Positions 22,906 through 32,258 of a stretch of 46,833 nucleotides of DNA are shown one piece after another (position 1 is the stretch's first letter; the number at the start of each line of letters is the position of its first letter). The DNA is taken from sequence record NC_054637.1, one strand, 5' to 3'. The DNA is from Escherichia phage vB_EcoS Sa179lw. The position numbers were made by a program, and so were the translations under genes. The notes under the pieces were generated by a model. It was given only the letters and a program-made list of their open reading frames with translations, searched no databases and was not told the origin of the DNA.

Positions 22906-24767
22906 AATACCCCCCAATACATGCCTTTAACGTTGAAATATTTACTACCCTTATCTCTTCTGAACATAATCACTGATGGCGCGACAGCCTCATCTCTTTT
23001 AGATATTGCATCATCAATTGACATGTTATGTTCACCAAAGCACTTCTCACAAAATTCTTCCCACTCCTTCTTCATCCATTCCTTCTCAGAGTTTGGATTG
23101 TAGAACTTGCTAACAAAAAATGGTTTCTGTTCAATAGCAAATTTTACGTGCACCAAATCTTCACCGCTTGAAACGTAATGCTTCATGATGTTCATCATGG
23201 TTACGCTTGATTGCTTGGTTGCATAAGGAGAAGAATCAAGCCTGTCAGCTTCTTCCTTTAGCTTTTGGTTGGGGTCAATAATTTCAGCTCCGCATGATGT
23301 GCAATTTCTTGCTGCTATATCATTTTCAAACCCACAATCGGGACACTCCTTTACCGACCATTTATAAGTACACCTATGCATTTCCCTTAGTGGTCCATGC
23401 ATAACGTAGTTTTTACACCGCCTACCAAAATGAGCAGGCATAGGCTTGCTCCCAATCTTTTCACCTGACTTATCAAAAATATCAATCATTACTCTGTCAC
23501 CCGCCAAATCCAGCCAGTAACCTTCCTTGTCAACTTCAAGATTTTCAGGATTTGGGCGCACACCAAATTCATTAATAAAGCCACAAAGAGGGCACTTGAC
23601 ATCCATTGGCACGGATGGTTTTTTCCTTGTTGCTTTTATTTCTGGAGTGAATAAGTCCCCAGTCTCAGAAAAGTGGCGCTGAATGTTGCCTGCGTAATCG
23701 CTGACAAGAAAATCTTCCTTGCCTTCATAAAGGCGCGTCCCTCTGCCAATTATTTGCTGGTAGAGCCTTGGTGATTCTGTGGCTCTCATTACTGCTATAT
23801 GATCACAATGAGGAACATCCACCCCTACAGTAAGGATATTCTGGTTAACGATGTATTTAACTTTTTGTGCCTTGAAGTCTGATATTGCCTTATTGCGTTC
23901 CGTTGTCGGCATGTCACCAAAAACATAACTATAAGAACCGGGAGGAAGTGACTCCATTATCTCCATAGCGTGCTTCTTGGTGCTGGCAAAAATCATCGTT
24001 CCGCGCCGATTAACAGAGCGACGGATAATATCTTCAACAATACGTGATGTTTTCCTTCCTTTGCCAACCATCGCCTTTTCAACTGAAGCTGTCGTGTACC
24101 GACCTAACTTATCCTTTTCAAGACAAGACGTATCATACTCGTCAAAAACAGGCTCTGTTACTGGAGGAGTAAGGTATCCGTTTTCGATGAGAAATTTAGC
24201 TTCAAGCTCATAAACGACTTTGTCGTAATATGGGTCTATGGCTGTTTCTTCATCTGTAGGACCGTCGAGGTAATGCTCTTTGTAGATGTATCCAGTTCCA
24301 AGGCGGTAAGGCGTAGCGGTCATTCCAATAACGCGCAGTTTTGGATTGCGACGCTTCATCTCATTAATAATAAATTTAATGGTTGGCGTTATTCCATCAC
24401 ATTCATCAATAATGACAGCACCATACTTATCACCAAACATCTCTATTGAGTTCTTGATTGTAACTGGTGAACCAAACACCACAGGATGACGCAGGTTTTT
24501 GGGACCAGCTTTTGCACTGAACATGCTGGCTGGTTCTCCTGTAAGAAGATATTTAGCGCGATTTTGTGTGACGAGTTCCGCCGTGGGAGCAATGCACAAA
24601 ACTCGCTTTTTGCTGATACCATAAATACGAGATGCAAGCTCTGCTACAACCATAGATTTTCCTGCACCTGTCGGGAGGATGATAACGCATGATGAGATAG
24701 TGCTGCGAATGTGTGCCATAGCCGCGTCAACTGCTTCCTGTTGGTATGGCCTTAGCGTGTATTTCAT
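22902..24767 (-). CDS. Superfamily 2 (DEAD/DEAH-like) helicase with C-terminal Cys-rich zinc-ribbon region, 621 aa
   Basis: Walker A PTGAGKS, motif II DECD, motif III-like TATP; CPLCGF and CPDCGF...CTSCG near the C-terminus. Confidence 0.8.
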   Translation of the reverse strand: MKYTLRPYQQEAVDAAMAHIRSTISSCVIILPTGAGKSMVVAELASRIYGISKKRVLCIAPTAELVTQNRAKYLLTGEPASMFSAKAGPKNLRHPVVFGSPVTIKNSIEMFGDKYGAVIIDECDGITPTIKFIINEMKRRNPKLRVIGMTATPYRLGTGYIYKEHYLDGPTDEETAIDPYYDKVVYELEAKFLIENGYLTPPVTEPVFDEYDTSCLEKDKLGRYTTASVEKAMVGKGRKTSRIVEDIIRRSVNRRGTMIFASTKKHAMEIMESLPPGSYSYVFGDMPTTERNKAISDFKAQKVKYIVNQNILTVGVDVPHCDHIAVMRATESPRLYQQIIGRGTRLYEGKEDFLVSDYAGNIQRHFSETGDLFTPEIKATRKKPSVPMDVKCPLCGFINEFGVRPNPENLEVDKEGYWLDLAGDRVMIDIFDKSGEKIGSKPMPAHFGRRCKNYVMHGPLREMHRCTYKWSVKECPDCGFENDIAARNCTSCGAEIIDPNQKLKEEADRLDSSPYATKQSSVTMMNIMKHYVSSGEDLVHVKFAIEQKPFFVSKFYNPNSEKEWMKKEWEEFCEKCFGEHNMSIDDAISKRDEAVAPSVIMFRRDKGSKYFNVKGMYWGVL

Positions 24768-24777
24768 AAATCAAATC

Positions 24778-24966
24778 CTAATATAAATCGCAATGATTTA
24801 GATCTAAAATATCATCATCTATCTCAGTAACCTGAGACTCATTGAATAATGGAATACCATCTGGACTTCTAAAGCTTGATTTTTCACCTTTTATTACTGT
24901 AAAACCAAATTCTCTCCACGCGGAAAAACTCATGAACTTTTCATGTTTTTCTTTATTTTCTTTCAT
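24778..24966 (-). CDS. Hypothetical protein, 62 aa
   Basis: ATG at 24966 preceded by TTCGAGAGGACATT; lies downstream of a terminator. Confidence 0.4.
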   Translation of the reverse strand: MKENKEKHEKFMSFSAWREFGFTVIKGEKSSFRSPDGIPLFNESQVTEIDDDILDLNHCDLY

Positions 24967-24984
24967 AATGTCCTCTCGAATAAA

Positions 24985-25012
24985 AAGGGCCACGAATGGC
25001 CCTGATTCAAAT
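24985..25012 (-). terminator. Rho-independent terminator or attenuator after the SSB-like gene
   Basis: Minus-strand hairpin GGGCCATTCGTGGCCC followed by TTTTTATT. Confidence 0.6.
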
Positions 25013-25017
25013 CTAAA

Positions 25018-25539
25018 TTAAAACGGAACGTCGTCATCAAAGTCCATCGGTGGTTCATTAGATGACGCTGATTGCTTAGGAGCAGGTGTTGCTTTTGTTT
25101 GTTGACGACTAAAAACACCAGCCACATAGTTACCAGTTTTTTGCTTATCCTCAGACTCCCAAACTCGCAGAAGAAGAATCATTGGGCGATTTGCAAGCGC
25201 ACTTGCAATAGCCAAATCAGTAGGCTCTTTTCCTGACGCCATCAGCTTACCTCCAGCATTTGCATCAATTGCTGCAAGCATAGTGATAGCATTATCCCGC
25301 TGTTTCTCTTTTGAGCTAAACACCTTCAGCTTCTGGAAGATGATTCGATTTTTATACTCACCTTCAAGGATTCGCCACTTAAGATTGAAGAATCGCTCAC
25401 CTTCCCACTGATCATCTTTACATTCCTCAACAGCAGCCAGAACACGGCTGCCATCAGGAATTACCTCAAAACCACCACCCAATTCAAATTCAGATTTAGA
25501 TTCAACAGCTTTACCGTCAGAAAGATTCCAGAAACCCAT
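25018..25539 (-). CDS. ssb: SSB-like single-stranded DNA-binding protein with E. coli-type C-terminal acidic tip, 173 aa
   Basis: C-terminus SSNEPPMDFDDDVPF; ATG at 25539 preceded by AATCGAGAGGACAC; N-terminal domain not obviously a canonical OB fold by eye. Confidence 0.6.
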   Translation of the reverse strand: MGFWNLSDGKAVESKSEFELGGGFEVIPDGSRVLAAVEECKDDQWEGERFFNLKWRILEGEYKNRIIFQKLKVFSSKEKQRDNAITMLAAIDANAGGKLMASGKEPTDLAIASALANRPMILLLRVWESEDKQKTGNYVAGVFSRQQTKATPAPKQSASSNEPPMDFDDDVPF

Positions 25540-25556
25540 TTTTGTGTCCTCTCGAT

Positions 25557-26036
25557 TTATTTGATGATCAGTTTTGGTTTGCCGTCGGTGATGGCACAAC
25601 CCTTAATTTCAATCCCGGCTTTTATCGCATTTTTAATTGCTGCATTATCTGCCGACACTTTCACAACTCGGTACTGCTCAGGAAGCTGCTCAACAGGAAC
25701 AAACACATCAAGAACTGGTGACGGCTTGCCAAGAGTGATACTGAACAACTTACCTTTGATATTTGTCTTTCCTGACGCCATCATGTTCTGACGAAGATAA
25801 TCTTTAAGGTTATCAATCTTCGCAACTAAAACACGCTTACGTTCAGAAAGGCGATCAATCTCTGACTTAAGTCCAGCTTCATCAGCTTCAAGCTCACGAA
25901 TGTAAGCAGCAACCATTTCTGCTTTTCCTTCAAACTCCTCTTCAATAAGATTGATGGTATCTTCAATCTGCTCCCGTGGAATATCCTCCATCGCCAGCAG
26001 TTCATTAAGCTGTTTGGTTATCTCATAGAGATGCAT
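25557..26036 (-). CDS. Siphovirus Gp157-like protein, about 159 aa
   Basis: Sequence pattern and position next to the Sak4-like ATPase and SSB; start (ATG 26036 or GTG 26051) uncertain. Confidence 0.55.
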   Translation of the reverse strand: MHLYEITKQLNELLAMEDIPREQIEDTINLIEEEFEGKAEMVAAYIRELEADEAGLKSEIDRLSERKRVLVAKIDNLKDYLRQNMMASGKTNIKGKLFSITLGKPSPVLDVFVPVEQLPEQYRVVKVSADNAAIKNAIKAGIEIKGCAITDGKPKLIIK

Positions 26037-26847
26037 AATATTTAATCTCACTCAAAAGCGGGTTCTCACCCTTTTCAAAAGGAATTTCAGGCTCAAGGTT
26101 GTATCTGTTTTTTGCATTAACATATCCAACTCTACCATCGCCAGAGGTAATAAGAACTCGCTGACCAGTCTGAACAACCTTTCCAAACTTGGTCACCTGC
26201 CCTTTCTTATCAGTCTCAGTTCCTTTCACGAACTCCTCATTCCTGATGTAAATAACAGCATCGCTAAGATTCACATAGCCAGAAACAGAAGCATCATGCA
26301 TATCAAGTGTGTAAACAGTGTATTCATCAGCATCAGGGCGATTTTTCATCTTTTTAACACCTGCGTGTGCAAGATAAATAATGCTCATTCCTTTTTCTTT
26401 GCGAAGATACTTACATGCATTTATTATTTCAGCGTGCATTTCAGAAACAACAATATATCCTTTGTTGTAACCACCGGCCGCAGAACCTACGTTGTCAACA
26501 CCGTAATTTTCACAAACCTCATGCTCAAACATTGAATGTAGGCTTGTGATTGAGTCAATTACAAGCGTTTTGTAATTATGTTCCTCAGTAATTAATGCGC
26601 GTAGCTGTGACAGCAAATCATCCTTTGTGCTTGTTTTGCGTTTAGCATCAGCTCGCTTCAGTACAGGAAATGAATCAGGTTTCTTCTCATCATCCCAATC
26701 ATCAAAAACACCAGTTATTTCTTCTGCCTGAATGAATACCGGATTTGGGAACAAAGCAGCAAGCGTTGTCTTGCCGACACCAGGTGTTCCAACCAATGTT
26801 ATGATTGGTGCTGCTGGTTTTGGTTTTTGAATCATTGATAAGCTCAT
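26023..26847 (-). CDS. Sak4-like RecA-fold ATPase (AAA_24-type), 274 aa
   Basis: Walker A GTPGVGKTT; size; neighbours Gp157-like and SSB-like. Confidence 0.65.
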   Translation of the reverse strand: MSLSMIQKPKPAAPIITLVGTPGVGKTTLAALFPNPVFIQAEEITGVFDDWDDEKKPDSFPVLKRADAKRKTSTKDDLLSQLRALITEEHNYKTLVIDSITSLHSMFEHEVCENYGVDNVGSAAGGYNKGYIVVSEMHAEIINACKYLRKEKGMSIIYLAHAGVKKMKNRPDADEYTVYTLDMHDASVSGYVNLSDAVIYIRNEEFVKGTETDKKGQVTKFGKVVQTGQRVLITSGDGRVGYVNAKNRYNLEPEIPFEKGENPLLSEIKYYASL

Positions 26848-26981
26848 AGTGTCCTCTCGATTTAACTCAGCATTTCGCTGGTGTGAATTAAAGATACGTC
26901 AATGCGATGGTAAACGCAACACCTTGACGAAAATTTTTTTTGAGTTCATTATTGCTACATACAGATAGTAGAGGTAATCAC

Positions 26982-27224
26982 ATGAAAAGTATTGCAGAAC
27001 AAATAAGGGAAATGGAACAGAAAAAGCTGTCAGAGCTGATTAATTATGTTGGCGGACAGTCTCAACTGGCAAGGTTCCTTGGCGTATCAAAACAGGCGGT
27101 CAATCAATGGGTATCAAGAGGAAGAATTAGTGCTACAGAGGCTATTCATGCTGAAATGCTAACTGGTGGTGCTTTCAGGAAAGAAGATTTAAGGCCAGCC
27201 GTTACAAAGTGGATAGTGAAATGA
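26982..27224 (+). CDS. Cro/YdaS-like HTH DNA-binding protein, about 80 aa
   Basis: HTH segment QSQLARFLGVSKQAVNQWVSRG; encoded opposite to the surrounding operon; own terminator. Confidence 0.6.
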   Translation: MKSIAEQIREMEQKKLSELINYVGGQSQLARFLGVSKQAVNQWVSRGRISATEAIHAEMLTGGAFRKEDLRPAVTKWIVK

Positions 27225-27225
27225 T

Positions 27226-27256
27226 AAAGCCCGCGATTGCGGGCTTTTTTTTTAAA
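27226..27256 (+). terminator. Rho-independent terminator after the HTH gene
   Basis: Hairpin AAAGCCCGCGATTGCGGGCTTT followed by TTTTTTTT. Confidence 0.7.
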
Positions 27257-27647
27257 TTCCTTTTGAGCTTAAACTATCTTTCTCACGCCTTCCGATATAC
27301 TCTTTGCTTACATCATCATACAAAACACCAAACGCCTTGCAGAAATTAAATAGCGCGTCACCTGCGAATACTTCGCTCGGATGCCAGCTTCCTGATTTCA
27401 TTGCAACATCCCTGTATGATGCTGTTAATATACCGACATTGTTTTTGTGTTTTATCCTGCAAAACAAAACGTCATCATCAATGCAGACTCCCATATTGCA
27501 ACGGAACACGGGAAACTTCCAGTAGTAAACCTCCATCAGGTGTTTTCCTGTCATCAGGGAGATGGCGTTGTTATGTGCATGCTCAGGATTTTCTGATTCA
27601 AAGTAGTCATACAACCCTTTCATCACCAGAAACTTGTAGTTAATCAT
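27252..27647 (-). CDS. Hypothetical protein, 131 aa
   Basis: ORF track; coupled to the primase-polymerase gene. Confidence 0.5.
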   Translation of the reverse strand: MINYKFLVMKGLYDYFESENPEHAHNNAISLMTGKHLMEVYYWKFPVFRCNMGVCIDDDVLFCRIKHKNNVGILTASYRDVAMKSGSWHPSEVFAGDALFNFCKAFGVLYDDVSKEYIGRREKDSLSSKGI

Positions 27648-29977
27648 ATTTCAACCTCATCATTTGTTAATTTGTAAATAACTACAGCATTGCTTGTTCT
27701 TTTTGCGCTTTCATCTTTCTCAATAACACCATCTTCAATAAGTTTCTCTATACATCTTTTCACATCTTCGCGTTTATATCCGCCTTCTTTTGCCACGCCT
27801 CTAACTATTGCAGTTTTAGTCATTCCACGCTTCACATATTCTTTAACCATTGAGAAAATACCTTCAATTCTTTCTTCCATGGCTTTAGACTTCGCTCCGG
27901 CTATACTATCAGCACGCATCATCAGGTCGCTTGTTGATTTGATTGTTAATGCTACTGCATATCGCAAGTGCTCCATGGTTATAACTCCGGTATCGCACGC
28001 AAGAATGCCAGCAATCTTTGCAACTTTAACAGCACATCTGTTTATCAAAGGGTGATAACCAGTCCCGTTCTCTACATGCTTTCTTGCAATAGTCTTAATC
28101 CATGAGAAAAACTCTTTAGCAAGCCGTGACACCTCTGGTGTGGCCTTTATAATTCGTCTTTCATTTTGACTGATGATTGAATCGGTCCAGTTTTTGTATC
28201 CGGCAGCTCCTCCATTTATTATTGTTTTTATGGTCATTTGCATATCCATCGGGAGATCGCAGTAATTAACATTTTCGTTTTCGTCAGCAATCTCCTGCAA
28301 CTCCTGCATAATCATTGCACGACCCATAAGCCCTGACTTGATGTTCTCCTCAGTAATTAGGCGCTTGAACTGGTCATCAGTAGAAACACCGAAAATTGAG
28401 AAAAATGGATTTCTTATCGCTCCGTCAATTCGGTTTATGACTTCATCAAACTGACGCTTAATGTCAGCAGGGTCAGCTTGAATTTCGTTTTCTTCAATAG
28501 CCATCAACAACATAGCTTTTCTCTTTTCGAAAGCCTTAATGAACTCCTCTGTCACTCGTTGATCGCAATAAAGAACTTCAGATGTGTAAGCCTCCATGAT
28601 GGCACCAGCGGTTGCCATGTTGTACTCGCTTACCTTCTGACCAACAACACTCCCAAGTTTTATACCAATCTCATCCATGATGAGATTAAACATCTGGTTA
28701 GCACAAAGACCTTCATATATTGCACGCTCAGAGCGTATCTTGCCTGCAACTGTCTTACTCAGCCCTGAACAATCAATTATCTTTTGTAACGCTGCAAGAA
28801 CATCACCCTTACCAGAGCCCGAACCAGCGATACCAATGGCAAACAGATTTGGCAAAGCCTTCCTGTTTGTAAGATAAATATCAGATGACGCTCCGCAAAT
28901 CATGGATGCAGCGTGCAACGCAGCGAGTGCCGAAATGTTTTCACGCTTCTCTGCACAGTTCTTATTAATCCATGCTGTAAGACGCCCAACAAATCCTGGT
29001 GGATAACGAACATCAACACTCTTGTACTCTATTGGGCATTCACCAACACCCATTGCCATTTCTCTCTCGAAAGACTCAAGCTTCTCAATTTCCTCTGGCG
29101 TAGCCTCAAAAGTTACTTGCCTTACCCATCCACCCTCTTGTGCGAGATAAACCAGCGTTGCTTCTGTTATCTTTTCGCTAACACCGTCCTTACCGAATGA
29201 GTGCCATTTAGCGTCCATTTCCTCAGCTCTGTACTTGCTGAACTGAGAAGACCAGTTATCCCAAAGATCAAAACCATTGCCATCGGTGGCTTCGTGGATA
29301 GCCATCCCAACATGAATCCACGGGTCATACTCGTCTCCATCTTTGATGTATTTGAGCATATCCTCCATTTCGGCAATGCTGTAATTTTTACTATCAAGCG
29401 TAAAAATCTCATCTTCCGTTCGTTCAGGCCTAAGCAAAAGCTCAATAAGTTCAGATGGCGCTTCCGTTATCTCTGAAGGAGAACCGTGCTCTGCTTCGTA
29501 AAAGTTTCCTGACTTATGGAAAGAACCGCAGCCAATAACGAAACCAGATGATTTAAAGTCAATACCTTTAAATCTCCTGTCGTGAGATCGCAGCTTCACA
29601 TCAGCAGGAAGCTTGTAATAGATATGGCGACCACATCCACCAGTCTTAACCGTAAAACCAGCTTCGTCAGCAAGTTCAACATCTAACGTATCACAAAGCG
29701 CCTCGTATCCATCATTACCGCCATTTCTTGGGTCAATATCAACAACAAGGTACCCATTCACAAGAACGCCGAATGACTGTAACTTGCCATACTTAGCCAT
29801 GCTTTCAATCTGCTCATCATCCCACTGGACACCAAGCTGCCAGTTACTCATAACCGGATGCTTTCCAGCAGCCTTACATTCCGGATTTCCACAGGTACAG
29901 TTGCGATCCTCATCCATCGGATGAATGTCGATAATAGGGAAGCCGCATTTACGGTAATCTTCATAACCAATCATCAT
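27644..29977 (-). CDS. Bifunctional DNA primase-polymerase (PrimPol N-terminal domain plus C-terminal helicase-like region), 777 aa
   Basis: N-terminal primase-polymerase-like motifs (VVDIDPRNGG, KTGGCGRHIYY); large C-terminal domain; first large gene of the leftward operon. Confidence 0.75.
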   Translation of the reverse strand: MMIGYEDYRKCGFPIIDIHPMDEDRNCTCGNPECKAAGKHPVMSNWQLGVQWDDEQIESMAKYGKLQSFGVLVNGYLVVDIDPRNGGNDGYEALCDTLDVELADEAGFTVKTGGCGRHIYYKLPADVKLRSHDRRFKGIDFKSSGFVIGCGSFHKSGNFYEAEHGSPSEITEAPSELIELLLRPERTEDEIFTLDSKNYSIAEMEDMLKYIKDGDEYDPWIHVGMAIHEATDGNGFDLWDNWSSQFSKYRAEEMDAKWHSFGKDGVSEKITEATLVYLAQEGGWVRQVTFEATPEEIEKLESFEREMAMGVGECPIEYKSVDVRYPPGFVGRLTAWINKNCAEKRENISALAALHAASMICGASSDIYLTNRKALPNLFAIGIAGSGSGKGDVLAALQKIIDCSGLSKTVAGKIRSERAIYEGLCANQMFNLIMDEIGIKLGSVVGQKVSEYNMATAGAIMEAYTSEVLYCDQRVTEEFIKAFEKRKAMLLMAIEENEIQADPADIKRQFDEVINRIDGAIRNPFFSIFGVSTDDQFKRLITEENIKSGLMGRAMIMQELQEIADENENVNYCDLPMDMQMTIKTIINGGAAGYKNWTDSIISQNERRIIKATPEVSRLAKEFFSWIKTIARKHVENGTGYHPLINRCAVKVAKIAGILACDTGVITMEHLRYAVALTIKSTSDLMMRADSIAGAKSKAMEERIEGIFSMVKEYVKRGMTKTAIVRGVAKEGGYKREDVKRCIEKLIEDGVIEKDESAKRTSNAVVIYKLTNDEVEI

Positions 29978-30189
29978 TTAATTCTCCGAACAGATACTTC
30001 ACCAAACCCCGCCTTTCTTGTTACAAAAACCCATGAGTTATCTTTCGCAACGCAACACAGACTTGCTCTGAATTTTTCAATACTGCTATTGGCGCGGAAA
30101 TCATCAATAATAAAAAACCGCACATCACCAACAGACATCCCATTAACAAACTCATACGCCTCAGCCATCGCACTACCAAAACGATACAT
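29974..30189 (-). CDS. Hypothetical protein, 71 aa; first gene of the leftward replication operon
   Basis: ORF track; ATGA coupling to the primase-polymerase gene. Confidence 0.45.
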   Translation of the reverse strand: MYRFGSAMAEAYEFVNGMSVGDVRFFIIDDFRANSSIEKFRASLCCVAKDNSWVFVTRKAGFGEVSVRRIK

Positions 30190-30214
30190 AACAACACCCT
30201 CTCCAGTAATCTAA

Positions 30215-30250
30215 ATACAATATACCAACATTCCTATAATTAGGCAACAT
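30215..30250 (-). promoter_or_regulatory. Candidate leftward early promoter: TTGCCT, 17-bp spacer, TATATT (minus strand)
   Basis: Read on the minus strand at 30242-30247 and 30219-30224. Confidence 0.5.
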
Positions 30251-30356
30251 ACTCAATACACACAAAACAAATGAACAGCGTTGACAAGAAAAAACAAAAG
30301 GTGTATCAATACAGGTATGTTGTGTAAGTGGTTGTTTTGAAAAGAAAAAGAATCCG

Positions 30357-30591
30357 ATTTGCCAGCTATTTGCCAGCTATTTTCCAATGATAAGTTACTG
30401 ATTTTTAACTATTTACCCTAATTTCCTATTTGACACGGCTCTAAACGATATTTGATGTCCGGGAATAAAATTTATAGACCACCCGTGGCAAATAGGGCAA
30501 ATAGAAAATAGAAAAAAACAAAAGCAAAAACAGCAACTTAAAAACAAAAAAGTTTGGCAAATAGAAAGAAAATAGAAAGAAAATAGAAAAC
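30357..30591. repeat. Iteron cluster: tandem TTGCCAGCTAT x2, GGCAAATAG x3, AAAATAGAAAG x3, with A-rich tract; candidate replication origin or operator array
   Basis: Direct reading; non-coding; flanked by divergent promoters and an AT-rich stretch at 30640-30780. Confidence 0.7.
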
Positions 30592-30789
30592 AGGAAACAA
30601 ACCACAAGTAACCAGCTTAACTGCTGGTTTTCGTGTTTCTGTGAACTAAGTTATTAATATCTATAATAAATATAAAGAAGATCTTAATATACTTTATAGA
30701 TGTAATAAACAAAGGTTACTATTAATAATATATGTAACTATATGCTTAAGCTAGCGTTCACTAACATCTATTAATATTTTTCTCCATGT

Positions 30790-30825
30790 GCATTGACGTA
30801 GAATCATTGTTGATGTAGATTAAAA
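30790..30825 (+). promoter_or_regulatory. Rightward early promoter: TTGACG, 17-bp spacer, TAGATT
   Basis: -35 at 30793-30798, -10 at 30816-30821; carries inverted copies of the ATCTAC(A/G)TC motif. Confidence 0.6.
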
Positions 30826-30851
30826 TCATCGGAACAAATGAGGAATCAAAG

Positions 30852-30998
30852 ATGGAAATCAAAGACCGTGAAGAATTTGAAGATGCACAGGCTATGGCGC
30901 GAATTGCTATTGATCGCACAAACAACAGCATTCCAGCAGAAGCATTCTGGAACGCAGCAATGCAGGCTTTAATCTCAGCGTATGGGCTTAGCAAATGA
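30852..30998 (+). CDS. Hypothetical early protein, 48 aa
   Basis: Manual translation MEIKDREEFEDAQAMARIAIDRTNN...; first ORF after the promoter. Confidence 0.45.
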   Translation: MEIKDREEFEDAQAMARIAIDRTNNSIPAEAFWNAAMQALISAYGLSK

Positions 30999-31090
30999 CA
31001 GGAGCAGCATTCGAACTTATCGCCAGCCTGGTTATTGTGGCGTTTATTATCATCGCAGTGGCAGTTTCTAAATCAGGATATAAGGAGTAA
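30995..31090 (+). CDS. Small hydrophobic peptide, 31 aa
   Basis: ATGA coupling; translation MTGAAFELIASLVIVAFIIIAVAVSKSGYKE. Confidence 0.3.
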   Translation: MTGAAFELIASLVIVAFIIIAVAVSKSGYKE

Positions 31091-31179
31091 CAGAATGAGC
31101 AACTGGCATAACGAACACATCATGCATTGGTATCGTCGCCGCATTAAGGCAATCACTAACTCTTACGAGGTTTAACTAA

Positions 31180-31338
31180 ATGAGCAACAAACCAATCCAG
31201 CCAACAGAAGAAATGATTGAGGCAGGTATCCGTGAGCTTATGGAAAACATTGATGTTGAGTGTATGACAAATGATGATATGAGTGACGCAGTGGTTTTCA
31301 TCTGGCAAGCAATGTATCAGGCGCACGTGGAGAAATAA
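31180..31338 (+). CDS. Hypothetical early protein, 52 aa
   Basis: Manual translation MSNKPIQPTEEMIEAGIRELMENIDVE... Confidence 0.4.
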   Translation: MSNKPIQPTEEMIEAGIRELMENIDVECMTNDDMSDAVVFIWQAMYQAHVEK

Positions 31339-31341
31339 CAA

Positions 31342-31524
31342 ATGGCAAAGACTATCTATCGTCGAGAGAAGCTGGAGCAAGAACTTGGACACGTTGGCGC
31401 GCAGAACTTTATGAGCAAGCAGGCACGCAATGCAATGGAATCTATCCGCGTAAATCGCGTTGTTCGCGTGTTTAATGGTGAAGGTAAGCGAAGAGTAATG
31501 GATGAGCTGATTATCGTATTTTGA
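31342..31524 (+). CDS. Hypothetical early protein, 60 aa
   Basis: ORF track. Confidence 0.45.
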   Translation: MAKTIYRREKLEQELGHVGAQNFMSKQARNAMESIRVNRVVRVFNGEGKRRVMDELIIVF

Positions 31525-31560
31525 CCTCGATTCAGCAGTCTTATTTCTAATGGTGATGAT

Positions 31561-31794
31561 ATGGCAAAAGTGAAAACATACGAATTCTGGTTTGTGCAGA
31601 ACAAAATGTATGCGAGCAAGACAATCAAGCGAGCGCACTGGTTGAATAAGTGGCTAATCCTGTCAGGATGCATTGTGCTGGCAAAGTGCAAATTCAAAGC
31701 GATTGACATCACAGATGAGGATGCGCTCAAAATCGCAAAGATTGAGTTTGAAGAAGATGGTTATTACGAAGAAATTATGGTGGTTAGGGTATGA
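31561..31794 (+). CDS. Hypothetical early protein, 77 aa
   Basis: ORF track. Confidence 0.45.
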   Translation: MAKVKTYEFWFVQNKMYASKTIKRAHWLNKWLILSGCIVLAKCKFKAIDITDEDALKIAKIEFEEDGYYEEIMVVRV

Positions 31795-32258
31795 GTGAAG
31801 TTAAGCGTTATGACCTTGTTGGAGATATGGATGGAAACTGCAATCTTAACGAAGCAAGAATGGAACTGTCGGATGATGGTGTTTATGTAAAGCACAGTGA
31901 CTATGGGGCGCTTCAAGCTAAATGCGCGGCGCTGGCAGCGGAGAATGCGGGGTTGAAGTCTGGCGCTATGGACGAAATCAAGGTTATCAACCGTGGAGGG
32001 CAGGCATATTGCGTAAAAGATGGAGTGCAAGTTAATCCCATGTATGCAAGAGGGTGGAATGACTATCGCGCAAAGTCTCTGCAATCAGACACCACGGCCA
32101 CCGATGCTTTCCTGGCTGAAATCGAAAACAAAGCAATCCGCAGGTTCATTAACAGCATTGAACACATCCTACGCGACAGGTTGTCACCGTATGACACCGA
32201 GGAGATGCTTGAAGCTATGCGTATTTTTCTGGAAGAACAGAGTGGTGAGCAAAAATGA
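31791..32258 (+). CDS. Hypothetical early protein, 155 aa
   Basis: ORF track; ATGA coupling. Confidence 0.5.
   Translation: MSEVKRYDLVGDMDGNCNLNEARMELSDDGVYVKHSDYGALQAKCAALAAENAGLKSGAMDEIKVINRGGQAYCVKDGVQVNPMYARGWNDYRAKSLQSDTTATDAFLAEIENKAIRRFINSIEHILRDRLSPYDTEEMLEAMRIFLEEQSGEQK

Noticed and set aside
30357-30591. Possible CRISPR array
   Set aside because: Repeats are 9-12 bp, irregularly spaced and without spacers of uniform length; better explained as iterons
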